64,000 nucleotides of DNA, taken from contig CBDBDZ010000013.1 in the NCBI GenBank assembly GCA_965204215.1, positions 636,394 to 700,393 of the forward strand. Direction: 5' to 3'. Below are positions 39,569 to 48,735 of this stretch, one piece after another. The DNA comes from Pseudomonadales bacterium (GTDB lineage Bacteria > Pseudomonadota > Gammaproteobacteria > Pseudomonadales > GM7GCV1). Within the stretch, counting starts at the first letter, position 1. Each line of letters begins with the position of its first letter. The notes below the pieces were generated by a model that ran no database searches, had not been told where the DNA came from, and saw only the letters and a program-made list of their open reading frames with translations. The position numbers and the translations under genes are program-made.

Positions 39569-41215
39569 TCAGGGATTAAACAGATTTAAATATGCACTGC
39601 TGAGACCAGTACCTGACTGGAAATTACTTAAATTGGGGAAAGTTATTTGTTGAATACTTTCACTGACCCCAAACCAATTGGCAATGGCGGCGCTGGTCTG
39701 TTCTTGCGCCAGCGTTGGAATGAAGCGACCCCGTGTACTGACATCGCTATCTGAACCTAAATTTAAGTCAGGATAACTGCCGAATACTCCACCATTGAGG
39801 TTCCCGGAAGTGCGATTGCCATCACCACCCATCACAATTTGATGTGAACCCCAAGCGTGGTCAGTGCCGTCGCCATTGTTTGAAAGTGTACGTCCAAAGT
39901 CAGACATGGTGAAAGTGGTGACGTTGTTTGCCAGGTTCAAGTCTTGCATGGCCTTTTGGAAACTCCATAAACCCAAGCTTAATTCTCTAAGTAATAAGGG
40001 GTGATCCTGCACTTGATTGGCATGATTATCAAATCCGCCTAACTGTACGAAAAAAGCCTGGCGGTTGTAGTTGTTGCCTAACAGCCCACTGCTACCCAAA
40101 AAAATTAACTGTGCTACGGTTTCTAATTGTGCAATTAAGCTACCTCTTATATCATCGTCACCAAAACCCAACTGCGTTCCTGTAGGCACACTAAAAAGCG
40201 GATTGCCGTATGGATCAGTCGAAGTATAAGTAGGGTTGTTATTGTTAAAAGCGCTACTCAGAGCATCTGATGCCTGAAAGGCGGAAATATTTGAATTGTT
40301 TAACAATGAAATAAAGGGATCGCTTGGTATAAATGTATTGCTGGCATTAAAGGTTAAACTATCAGTGCTGTTGGTTAAACCGTTAATTGCCTGATAAATG
40401 GCTCTGCGATCTTGCTCATTATCATCTGAACTTACAGTTAAATTGTTGTAGTCTGGAACATTGCCAGGTGAAATTACTAGCGGCCCACCGTTGTCACCAA
40501 TCATCATTCTATCGTTGCCGTTAATCGAAATGCCTAAGCCAATGGGGCTGTTGTTATTGACTCCCTGCCAGTTATCGGCGATGCGTCCAAGCCAACCAAT
40601 ATCGTTTAGTGTACCAGCGTGTCCAATTTGTAATTGACGCTGTTGGTGGTTGTGAGCAAACAAAAATAATGGGGTGGCAACTGAACTGTTTTCAAACTCG
40701 GTCTTGTTAATGGGGTTGACCAGGGTACCTGAATTTAAAATAGCGGTGGCTTTATTGTCAGTTAGTAATTGAGCAAGTTCAGGCATGATGCCGTTAACAC
40801 CGTAGTCTTGTCCACTGGCTGACATATCATAAATCCCTCTTAAATAGGCGCTGGCAACGGTTTCATCCACATTGTAAGGGTTGCCTGTACCGGTTGATAA
40901 ATTGCCATTATTGAGATTGTTGCCACCAGCAATGGTTGCCAGGCCAAGGTCGATATTATTGACAGCCAGGTTGCCGCGAATGCCTTGGTAAACAGAATGA
41001 CTGTTGTTACCTGATGTGCCTATGGGGACAAACATATTATAGGCATCATTGCCACCAAATAAAAAGATGCACACCATAGCTTTATAGTCATCAAAAGAGG
41101 GTGCCGTTTGCGCCATAGCGCGCTGTAACATAGTGAGTTGCCCCAAGGATACCAGCGATGCAGCAGTACCATATTTACCCATTTTGTGTAAAAATTCTCT
41201 ACGATTCATATTCAT
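39569..41215 (-). CDS. Tat-exported DUF1501 protein (sulfatase/alkaline-phosphatase superfamily)
   Basis: Twin-arginine signal (MNMNRREFLHK...AMA) followed by VCIFLFGGNDAYNMFVP and TDHAWGSHQIVMGG; 548 aa. Confidence 0.8.
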   Translation of the reverse strand: MNMNRREFLHKMGKYGTAASLVSLGQLTMLQRAMAQTAPSFDDYKAMVCIFLFGGNDAYNMFVPIGTSGNNSHSVYQGIRGNLAVNNIDLGLATIAGGNNLNNGNLSTGTGNPYNVDETVASAYLRGIYDMSASGQDYGVNGIMPELAQLLTDNKATAILNSGTLVNPINKTEFENSSVATPLFLFAHNHQQRQLQIGHAGTLNDIGWLGRIADNWQGVNNNSPIGLGISINGNDRMMIGDNGGPLVISPGNVPDYNNLTVSSDDNEQDRRAIYQAINGLTNSTDSLTFNASNTFIPSDPFISLLNNSNISAFQASDALSSAFNNNNPTYTSTDPYGNPLFSVPTGTQLGFGDDDIRGSLIAQLETVAQLIFLGSSGLLGNNYNRQAFFVQLGGFDNHANQVQDHPLLLRELSLGLWSFQKAMQDLNLANNVTTFTMSDFGRTLSNNGDGTDHAWGSHQIVMGGDGNRTSGNLNGGVFGSYPDLNLGSDSDVSTRGRFIPTLAQEQTSAAIANWFGVSESIQQITFPNLSNFQSGTGLSSAYLNLFNP

Positions 41216-41226
41216 AATCTGCTTCG

Positions 41227-44200
41227 TTATTTTTGAATTAGAAAAGCCCCGGAAGAGCCAATAAAGCGATAAGTATCAAGCACTATATTGGTGGCTTCGA
41301 TAGAGGTATTACTATTGTTTGTTCCTCTGCCTGCTAATAAGTAATGTTTTAGAGCTGCTCGATAGTTAGTGTCCATAGTATTGCCGAATAAATTGGTATT
41401 GGCGTAATCAAGCAGAGCATCAATGGCGCGCTCGCGTGGCGATGTGCCCTGGCTGTCGACAGTATCGTTGTTAATATTGATAAAATCGCCATTGGTATCA
41501 CCTTCCAGTGCCATTTCCAATAATTGTAATTCAGTGGTAAAGTCGAGTAATAGATTAGCAGCATTGTTAAACCTGCGGGTTGCAGCAAAATCACTAACTG
41601 ATTGCGTCATTTGAATGCGGTTGCGCTCGTAAGCGTTCAGCAGCGATTGAATACGGTTGTGCAAGTTAATGATAACCTGATCAGTGTATAGTTGTGATTC
41701 AGGCGATAGCAAGCGGTTTGTACTGAAAAAACTATCGCTGGGAACAAAGTCAGGAGAATAGAAATTAAATACCGACAATGAACGCATAGGACCTTGCGAT
41801 ATATCATTTCTAGGGTTGGGGTACCAATAGGTATCATTAACGGCAACATTGTCACGGCTTATCCAACCATCTAGTGGTTCAACGCCAATTACTTTAAATA
41901 ATTGCAACATGGCTAAAAGGGGTTCTTTAACTTTGCCCTGCGATGCTTGTTGGCTAACGCTCAATGAGCGTGCTTCATCATCCAATAATACAGTGCGCAG
42001 TACGGTTTTCAGGTCACCGCGAACACCTGAACCATTATCGCTAAACACATTGGCAACACGTTCAATATAACCGCTGGAAGGATTGGAGGTTACAAAGCGT
42101 TGGATAATATGTCTGGAGATAAAGGGAGGGACATTGGGGTGGTTAAATAATATATCTAATGCAGTATCAAGACCGCTGTTATCACTGCCTGAATTCAGTG
42201 CAAAAGTGTTGCCTAGTACAGTTACCATGCCATCGCCGTTTAGCGACATTTCATCTTCATGTTCAGAAGGGGTGAATTCCATGGGTACGCTGTAATCACC
42301 TTGAACATTGCCAGAGTTGCCGTAACGGTTGTTGCTTTGCAAATCCCATCCCGTCATTACTTTGGCTAATTCACTAACATCGGTTTGGGTATAAGCGGGT
42401 ACAAGATTAGTACCTGAATCGGGGAAGGTTGTGGTATTGCCATCGCGATTGGGGCTGCCATCCTGGTTGAGTTCTGATAATCCAATGGTAAACAGTTGCA
42501 TAATTTCTCTGGCAAAATTTTCATCCGGTAGCGTATTGGCTATTAAGTCGGTTTTACGGTTACCCTGATGCGATAGATACACTCCCATTGCAGGACTTCG
42601 TGCGACATCGCCTAATAAGGTTCTAAAATTACCCAATGCGTTGCGAGCGAGAATATCGTAATAAGCAGCCAGTGCCTCACCACGTCTATTAAAAGGTGGT
42701 GTCACATCAGAAACAACCAGTAATTGACTCAGCGCATAAGCCATGCGTTGACGCAAGCTATCTGTGCCCACCATTGCGTCAATATCAGGGTTACCCAGTG
42801 CATTATCATACCAAGCGGCGCTCTGATACTGCAGTAGTTGGAAACTTGCAGGCTCTGCGTTGAAAATATTATCTCTTGCAAAAAAGTTTATATCAGGTCT
42901 GGCAGTGGTGGCTATTTGCACCGTACGTTCAAAATGCGTTAGCCATGTGTCGGTGTTGTTGTCGTAGGCAGAAGGCATATTGAGCTGGTTATCTACCCAA
43001 GTGGTTATGCCCATCTGCATTAACGATTCCATTTCATCAGGTGTCATACCGAATGTCGCTTGCTCCGCCATACGCAAGGCTGCACGTTGGCTGACAGAAG
43101 GTTCGGTAATAAACACATTTACAATTAAAGTGCTGCCATTGACAAGTGAAACACTAGCGGTAGTGGTTTGCCCTACCAAGTCAAAAGTTGGTGTGCCTGA
43201 TAACTGCGAATTGCTGGAAGTTAAGTTCAGCCAGTTTTCGGATATAGTGGCTTGTGAAGCAGCAGAGCTTAATACTAATGTAAAAGGTGATAAAGCAACT
43301 GTAGAAGTATTGAATGGTGAAGAGCTGGAAGGAGAAGGTGCAACAATAATTTCAAAGCTGGCATTGGCACTTAAACCACCTGAATCTGAACAATTAAAAA
43401 CAACGCTGACAGTGCCTGTTGCCGATGGTGTGCCAGTAATATTAGCTCCACCTGTTAAACCCAGAGGATTGGTTAATGTAAAAGTATTAGTTAAGGTTTC
43501 TCCATCGATATCGGTACAGGCATTATCAGGGGCAGAAAAGTTAAATGTCGCATTTTCAGTGGCATTCAAGTTGCTGAAACTGGTATTTAGAGTGGGGGCG
43601 TCATTAACAGCGTTGACAGTAACGGTAATTTCGGCAACGTTAGAAATAGCACCATCGTTATCTATAGCAAAGTATTCAATAATTTCTATGCCATTAAAAT
43701 TAGGGGTAGGGGTGTAGGTTATGATGCTGGGAGCTGACATGACAACACTCCCGTTTTGAGGTTGCGTAACGATATAACTTTGAATACGACCACCTATATC
43801 TGTTGCAGCAAGTACAATAGACTGAGCTCTGTCCTCATTGACAGAAGCAGTAAGGTTATTAGCAACAGGAGCCATATTACTGGAGATTATGGTTATGTTG
43901 AATGTAGCTGATGCGCTTGCGCCACTTGGGTCTGTGCAACTAAATGTCACAGTAATGCTGCCAGTCGCAGTTGGAGTGCCTGTAATGCTGGTGCCGCCAG
44001 TTAAACCTAGTGATTCATTTGACAGGGTAAAATTCATGGTTAAGGTGTCGTTATCTGCATCGAGACAGACATTTTCCGCGACATTTAGTGTAAAGGTTAC
44101 ACCAGTTTCTGTAGTTTGATTGGGAAAACCACCCGCAACATTAAAGGTAGGGGTGTTGTTTGATGTAAGTGGACTTGGCGTTGGATCGGTTACAGGGTCT

Positions 44201-45006
44201 GGTTCTACTACTGGTGACGTAAGAACAATGGCGTCAGTTTGTTCTGCGATGGTATTAATGAAATGGATAGAGATCAGATTTGCAGCACTTGATAATAGTA
44301 TATCAACAGACGCTTGTCCTAATTCAATTCGTGATTGTATAGAAAGTTCGCCATCATCAGAGATATCGTTTGCTACTTCATTAATGATGTTAGTCAGACT
44401 TTTTCCGCTATTATCGTGTAATTGAGAAACCAGAGCCAATACCGTAGCATATTGAGTTGACTGATTATTGGCGTTATTGTCAAAGGAGGGAGCAACTAGA
44501 GTTATATCCATATTGGTTAAGGCAAAACTATTTGCTACTGCCATATTGTAAGTGTCTACAACGGCTTGCAAATTATTTTCTGATTGTTGTATGGCAATTT
44601 CAGTCAATGGCGATATAGTAAAAGTGCCTGACTCAAAAATACTAACAACAGCACGCATTCGCGGGGAAGGTAAATCAACGCCAGTCACTTCATCATTATA
44701 CATTCCACCATTACATTCAATAATGGCTGTACCAGTATAAGTAATCTCTGTGCCAAAATTGACATTCCCTGATGCATTGCTCATGCTTGTGGCTATGGCA
44801 TTACCAGGCTGACCGTTTTCTACCTCTGATAGGGTACATTGACTATTGTCAACAGGGCCTTTAAAGATAATGCCAGAAACGCTTAATGCTGGGGAGCTGC
44901 TTTCATTATTTTCATCGTTATCAGAGTTGGCGCAGGCAGTTAATAAAACGACAGAGAGTGTGAGCCATATATATTGGCGAAGTGTTTCAAAAGGGGAGGG
45001 GTTCAT
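41227..45006 (-). CDS. 1259-aa lipoprotein: Ig-like/cadherin-like repeat region plus a C-terminal DUF1800 domain
   Basis: Lipobox LLTAC. Two ~70-aa repeats are present (..LGLTGGTSITGTPTATGSITVTFSCTDPSGASA.. and ..LGLTGGANITGTPSATGTVSVVFNCSDSGGLSA..), with a cadherin-like module ending VNAVNDAPT between them. The DUF1800-type region begins near RAALRMAEQATFGMTPDE. Confidence 0.8.
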   Translation of the reverse strand: MNPSPFETLRQYIWLTLSVVLLTACANSDNDENNESSSPALSVSGIIFKGPVDNSQCTLSEVENGQPGNAIATSMSNASGNVNFGTEITYTGTAIIECNGGMYNDEVTGVDLPSPRMRAVVSIFESGTFTISPLTEIAIQQSENNLQAVVDTYNMAVANSFALTNMDITLVAPSFDNNANNQSTQYATVLALVSQLHDNSGKSLTNIINEVANDISDDGELSIQSRIELGQASVDILLSSAANLISIHFINTIAEQTDAIVLTSPVVEPDPVTDPTPSPLTSNNTPTFNVAGGFPNQTTETGVTFTLNVAENVCLDADNDTLTMNFTLSNESLGLTGGTSITGTPTATGSITVTFSCTDPSGASASATFNITIISSNMAPVANNLTASVNEDRAQSIVLAATDIGGRIQSYIVTQPQNGSVVMSAPSIITYTPTPNFNGIEIIEYFAIDNDGAISNVAEITVTVNAVNDAPTLNTSFSNLNATENATFNFSAPDNACTDIDGETLTNTFTLTNPLGLTGGANITGTPSATGTVSVVFNCSDSGGLSANASFEIIVAPSPSSSSPFNTSTVALSPFTLVLSSAASQATISENWLNLTSSNSQLSGTPTFDLVGQTTTASVSLVNGSTLIVNVFITEPSVSQRAALRMAEQATFGMTPDEMESLMQMGITTWVDNQLNMPSAYDNNTDTWLTHFERTVQIATTARPDINFFARDNIFNAEPASFQLLQYQSAAWYDNALGNPDIDAMVGTDSLRQRMAYALSQLLVVSDVTPPFNRRGEALAAYYDILARNALGNFRTLLGDVARSPAMGVYLSHQGNRKTDLIANTLPDENFAREIMQLFTIGLSELNQDGSPNRDGNTTTFPDSGTNLVPAYTQTDVSELAKVMTGWDLQSNNRYGNSGNVQGDYSVPMEFTPSEHEDEMSLNGDGMVTVLGNTFALNSGSDNSGLDTALDILFNHPNVPPFISRHIIQRFVTSNPSSGYIERVANVFSDNGSGVRGDLKTVLRTVLLDDEARSLSVSQQASQGKVKEPLLAMLQLFKVIGVEPLDGWISRDNVAVNDTYWYPNPRNDISQGPMRSLSVFNFYSPDFVPSDSFFSTNRLLSPESQLYTDQVIINLHNRIQSLLNAYERNRIQMTQSVSDFAATRRFNNAANLLLDFTTELQLLEMALEGDTNGDFININNDTVDSQGTSPRERAIDALLDYANTNLFGNTMDTNYRAALKHYLLAGRGTNNSNTSIEATNIVLDTYRFIGSSGAFLIQK

Positions 45007-45691
45007 TGAAGTCTGGTATTAAGGAAGCAGTGCTGGCTAAGGCGCTCAATGCATTTTTAATTTGAATCAGAGCCATATTGTAGCAGCAGTATGCACTTTG
45101 TTTAGTAGATGTTTGAATTGATAGTTCAGTGCAGGCAATAATTATAGACGTTTTTTTTTGGTATTTGTATAATATGTCATTAAATATGATGTTATCGAAT
45201 TCTGTTGCTGCTCCTGCATATATTTTTTTACGGTAATTATCGATAAATAGTTGTTCTTTTTCAGATGGTTTCAAAACTTTAATACTATGCTTTGCAAAAT
45301 AATCTTGTATATAAGGTGCGTTCATACTATACAAAGAACCAATCAGGATAACTTCATTATGTTTATGCTGTTTAATTTCTTCAATGGTGTCTTTAATGGG
45401 ATGCACATAAGGCAAAGGAAAATCAGAGTATAACTTATCAAGCGTTTCATGCAATGTGATATTGGGTATCAATATTCTGGAAATACTCTTATCCTCTATA
45501 AGGGCTTCCAGATAAGGGCGTAATAATAGTTCTAATTGTGCAAAATTATTGGGTAGATTGGCGTTGATTAATTTGAAGTCAGTTTCAATAAGTTTGATAT
45601 TTAATTGACTTAATCGCTGTAAATAAAATTGAGTAGAATATTTTCCCAGTTTTAATATGGCTAACTTTGGAGTGTTATTTAAACGGCTCAT
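44987..45691 (-). CDS. Asp/Glu-racemase-superfamily protein lacking the first catalytic Cys
   Basis: Aligns along its whole length with the racemase at 35705..36400. However, GGMGP is replaced by KLGKY and PCNTAH by PNITLH, and only the second motif (IIACTELS) is kept. Its start overlaps the egtD stop (TAATG). Confidence 0.65.
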   Translation of the reverse strand: MSRLNNTPKLAILKLGKYSTQFYLQRLSQLNIKLIETDFKLINANLPNNFAQLELLLRPYLEALIEDKSISRILIPNITLHETLDKLYSDFPLPYVHPIKDTIEEIKQHKHNEVILIGSLYSMNAPYIQDYFAKHSIKVLKPSEKEQLFIDNYRKKIYAGAATEFDNIIFNDILYKYQKKTSIIIACTELSIQTSTKQSAYCCYNMALIQIKNALSALASTASLIPDFNEPLPF

Positions 45692-46638
45692 TACCTTCTG
45701 GTTAAAACATAATCAGAAAAATATTGTTTGCTATCGGTTAACTCACCTGTTATTTCAAAGGGTGTGGATTTTAGAATAGCTTGTAAGATAGCTTTGTTGT
45801 ATTTTCTTGATATTTCCGTACGGATGGTTTCGTCTTGTTCAAAGTGAAAGGACTGATTAAGCTCAGTAATCAATACCTGTTGTTCGCAAAGGCTTTGCAG
45901 ATAACTTTCGGCAATACCCGTTGTTTCGGAATATTTGGCAAGGTGCTTGAATTGCGTTAAATTAAAATTAGCACCTAACTCATGATTGATGCGGTGTAAT
46001 AAATTTAAATTAAACTGACTGGTAATTCCTTGAGAATCGCTGTATGCAGGTAGCACAATGGATTCAGCTTTTAATTGATCCAGACCAATCAAAAGTTGGT
46101 CACCGCTGTGTAAATTTTCCCCTAATTGACTTAGAAACTGTGTGGCATTTTTATCATTCATATTACCTAAATTAGAGCCCAAATACAGCACGACTTTGGG
46201 AGTGGAAGATTGCCTTAATTGTTTTAAACTGTTGAAGTAATCGTTGTGCCTTGTTTTGATAGATAAATCCGGCAATGACTTCAGAAGGTGTTGTTTTAAA
46301 TGTTCTAATACATTGCTGGAAATATCGATTGGAATATAATCAAATTGATAACTCAGTTCTAATAAGCGGGTTAAAAGTGCTTGTGTTTTGGAACCATCAC
46401 CAGCACCGAGTTCAATTAATTCAAAATGCCTGCCAGCATCCAGAGATAATAAATTGATAATGACATCAGTTTGTTGGGTAAATATTTCCATTTCACAGCG
46501 TGTTAAATAATATTCGGGCAATGCCATAATTTGCATAAACAACTCATCACCAGTTTTATCATAGAAATATTTTGAAGATAGTTGCTTAGGGGACTGGCTT
46601 AAGCCGAAGGCGACATCCTGCATAAATTGTTGTTTCAT
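45691..46638 (-). CDS. egtD: L-histidine N-alpha-methyltransferase (hercynine synthase)
   Basis: Contains PKQLSSKYFYDKTGDELFMQIMALPEYYLTRCE and ELGAGDGSKT; adjacent to egtB. Confidence 0.85.
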   Translation of the reverse strand: MKQQFMQDVAFGLSQSPKQLSSKYFYDKTGDELFMQIMALPEYYLTRCEMEIFTQQTDVIINLLSLDAGRHFELIELGAGDGSKTQALLTRLLELSYQFDYIPIDISSNVLEHLKQHLLKSLPDLSIKTRHNDYFNSLKQLRQSSTPKVVLYLGSNLGNMNDKNATQFLSQLGENLHSGDQLLIGLDQLKAESIVLPAYSDSQGITSQFNLNLLHRINHELGANFNLTQFKHLAKYSETTGIAESYLQSLCEQQVLITELNQSFHFEQDETIRTEISRKYNKAILQAILKSTPFEITGELTDSKQYFSDYVLTRR

Positions 46639-46668
46639 GAAATGAGTATTGACTATTGATTGTTTGGG

Positions 46669-47820
46669 TTATTTGGCGAGGCGAATACCAAAAAATTGCC
46701 ATTGAAGCTGGGGTTGGAAAAAATTACGATAAGTCTGTCTGCTATGGCCTTCAGGCGTGGCAGTTGAGGCGCCTCGCAATACCATTTGGTTAATCATAAA
46801 CTTGCCATTGTATTCGCCAACCGCACCTTCGCTGATGGTGAAGTTGGGGTAGGGGCTATAGGCTGAACTCGTCCATTCCCAACGCTTACCCCAATTCAGA
46901 TTAGGTGATGCTACTTCCCATTCAAATTCGGTAGGTAGGCGGCAATTGCACCAACTGGCAAAGGCATTAGCTTCATAATAAGATGTATGGCAAACCATAG
47001 CATCGGGGTCTACTGGTTGTAATCCTGCCAATGTATAGTAGTACCATTGGTTGTCAATATTATGCCAATATAGTGGATGTGTTATTTGATTTTCGGTTAC
47101 CCAATTCCAACCATCATCCAGCCAGTATTGGCATTGTTGATATCCACCAGCTTCAATAAATTCAATATATTCAGCATTGGTGACCAGGCTTTTAGCGATT
47201 TGATAGTCATGTAAATACACTGTGTGAACGCCTAATTCATTGTCAAAACAAAAGTCATCACCACTGTAGCCTATGGAATAATTGCCGCATTCAACTGATA
47301 ACCAACCTGATTCTGTATTATGGTCAGCGACCAAATAACTGTCGGGGTGGTAAACAGGATGGGTGGGATTTAACGCAAATGTGTATTTTAAATCTGTCAG
47401 TAGCAATTCCTGATGCTGTTGTTCATGGTTCATTCCCAATATTACTAATTTTTGTATTTGATTGTTGCATTGGTTATTCAAAAGAGATTGCATATGCTGA
47501 TCAACATACTTGCGATATTGGTAAATTTCATCGACAGTAGGTCTGGTCATAATACCGCGTTCACAGCGTAAACTGCGTTTACCCAGACTTTGATAGTAGC
47601 TGTTAAATAAAAAGGCAAAGTCCGTATTAAACACCTGATAATCTGAAACAAAAGGCTTTAAAATCATTTGTTCAAAAAACCAGGTCACATGGGCTAAGTG
47701 CCATTTGGGCGGGCTGGTGTACTCAATGGGTTGTGGAATATAGTCTTCAATATGTAGTGGCGTACATATTTGTTCAGTGTAAGCGCGAATGTAGTGGTAT
47801 TTTTCTAGCAGAGTAGCCAT
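46669..47820 (-). CDS. egtB: Ergothioneine-type sulfoxide synthase EgtB (DinB_2 plus FGE-sulfatase fold)
   Basis: Contains SPPKWHLAHVTWFFE, NHEQQHQELLLTDL, RLPTEFEWE, GEYNGKFM and VLRGAS. The ATG at 47820 is preferred; the ORF track starts at the TTG at 47826. Confidence 0.85.
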   Translation of the reverse strand: MATLLEKYHYIRAYTEQICTPLHIEDYIPQPIEYTSPPKWHLAHVTWFFEQMILKPFVSDYQVFNTDFAFLFNSYYQSLGKRSLRCERGIMTRPTVDEIYQYRKYVDQHMQSLLNNQCNNQIQKLVILGMNHEQQHQELLLTDLKYTFALNPTHPVYHPDSYLVADHNTESGWLSVECGNYSIGYSGDDFCFDNELGVHTVYLHDYQIAKSLVTNAEYIEFIEAGGYQQCQYWLDDGWNWVTENQITHPLYWHNIDNQWYYYTLAGLQPVDPDAMVCHTSYYEANAFASWCNCRLPTEFEWEVASPNLNWGKRWEWTSSAYSPYPNFTISEGAVGEYNGKFMINQMVLRGASTATPEGHSRQTYRNFFQPQLQWQFFGIRLAK

Positions 47821-47851
47821 AGGCAATTATTAAAACATACTTAAGGTTATC

Positions 47852-47881
47852 TCTATTAATTCGCTCCTGCGAATTAATAGA
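47852..47881. promoter_or_regulatory. Perfect 13-bp inverted repeat (4-nt spacer) upstream of egtB
   Basis: TCTATTAATTCGC-TCCT-GCGAATTAATAGA, about 30 nt upstream of the egtB start, in the divergent intergenic region. Confidence 0.4.
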
Positions 47882-48011
47882 TTTGAAAATAAAAAATGCG
47901 ATTTTTATTTTGTCGCAAAATCAACTGTTTACAACAGCCGATTTTGGCAGTATATCCTATACCGTTCGGAAACCTCAATAAATAGAGGTTCCTTTAAGTT
48001 ACAATAACCTA

Positions 48012-48431
48012 ATGTCTGAGACACTTATCATCATCATTGTGATGCTGGCGGTAATCGGCAGTATCATGATATTAAAGCCATCACCGTTACAGCGAAAACA
48101 AAACCAATTTCGCGCTAAGGCTATTGCAGCAAATGTTAGTGTCAAATATGTAAAACCTGAGCACCCTATTGCCAATGGCAAGGCGAATATTTTGGCATAT
48201 AGCAAAATCACTCAGAAAAAAAGCGAGAACCCATTGGTATATAAGCGTAAGAGTGACTCATTTACACTACCTGAATCAGCTAGCGATGTATTACATAAAA
48301 TGTTCAATCAATTACCTGATACTGTTACTACAGTTGAAAGAACCTCAAATAGTTGGGTCGTTTATTGGGATGAAACAGGAACTTTGGATGATTTGAATGA
48401 GATTATTCAGGTACTGAGACTTTTGCAATAA
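48012..48431 (+). CDS. Hypothetical membrane-anchored protein
   Basis: 139-aa ORF with one N-terminal TM helix (LIIIIVMLAVIGSIMIL). I recognised no domain. Confidence 0.4.
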   Translation: MSETLIIIIVMLAVIGSIMILKPSPLQRKQNQFRAKAIAANVSVKYVKPEHPIANGKANILAYSKITQKKSENPLVYKRKSDSFTLPESASDVLHKMFNQLPDTVTTVERTSNSWVVYWDETGTLDDLNEIIQVLRLLQ

Positions 48432-48476
48432 GAGAGCTTTGTATAATGTCACGAGCGATGTCAAGACAAGGCAAAT

Positions 48477-48660
48477 TTGAACCCAAATTATGCATTAGAA
48501 ATCTATTACACACAATAATGACTTCAAAAACAGGCGCTTGCTCGAAAAATAATACTCACCATAGGGTGGCTATGCCTGCGTTTATTGTTCTTGCGCGAGC
48601 ACCTGTTTTCATTGCCATTTTTGTGTTCATTACGAAGTCTAATGCATAATCTGGGTTGAA
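48477..48660. mobile_element. 184-bp MITE of a second family, with 22-bp terminal inverted repeats
   Basis: TTGAACCCAAATTATGCATTAG (48477-98) matches the reverse complement of 48639-60 (TTCAACCCAGATTATGCATTAG) at 20 of 22 positions. Its first 135 bp recur at 50987-51121. Confidence 0.7.
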
Positions 48661-48662
48661 CG

Positions 48663-48698
48663 AAAAAGCGGAGTTTACTGGCAGTAAATGAGCTTTTT
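48663..48698. terminator. Bidirectional hairpin flanked by an A-run and a T-run, downstream of the thiolase-like gene
   Basis: AAAAAGC GGAG TTTACTG G CAGTAAA TGA GCTTTTT. Confidence 0.5.
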
Positions 48699-48735
48699 GA
48701 GTGAAAATTCGACGCTGTATTGACGAGCGCAGTAA

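Noticed and set aside
42980-43717. A 245-aa plus-strand ORF, along with the ORFs at 43838..44119 and 44120..44425, lies antisense to the DUF1800 lipoprotein gene.
   Set aside because: These ORFs are Val/Ser/Leu/Pro-rich low-complexity translations of the opposite strand of a Thr/Asn/Gly-rich repeat region. The minus-strand 1259-aa ORF has a coherent signal peptide and domain structure, so these are shadow ORFs.
48446-48649. A 67-aa ORF spans the second MITE.
   Set aside because: It is encoded almost entirely by repeat sequence that recurs at 50987-51121 in a different coding context, so it is not a credible gene.
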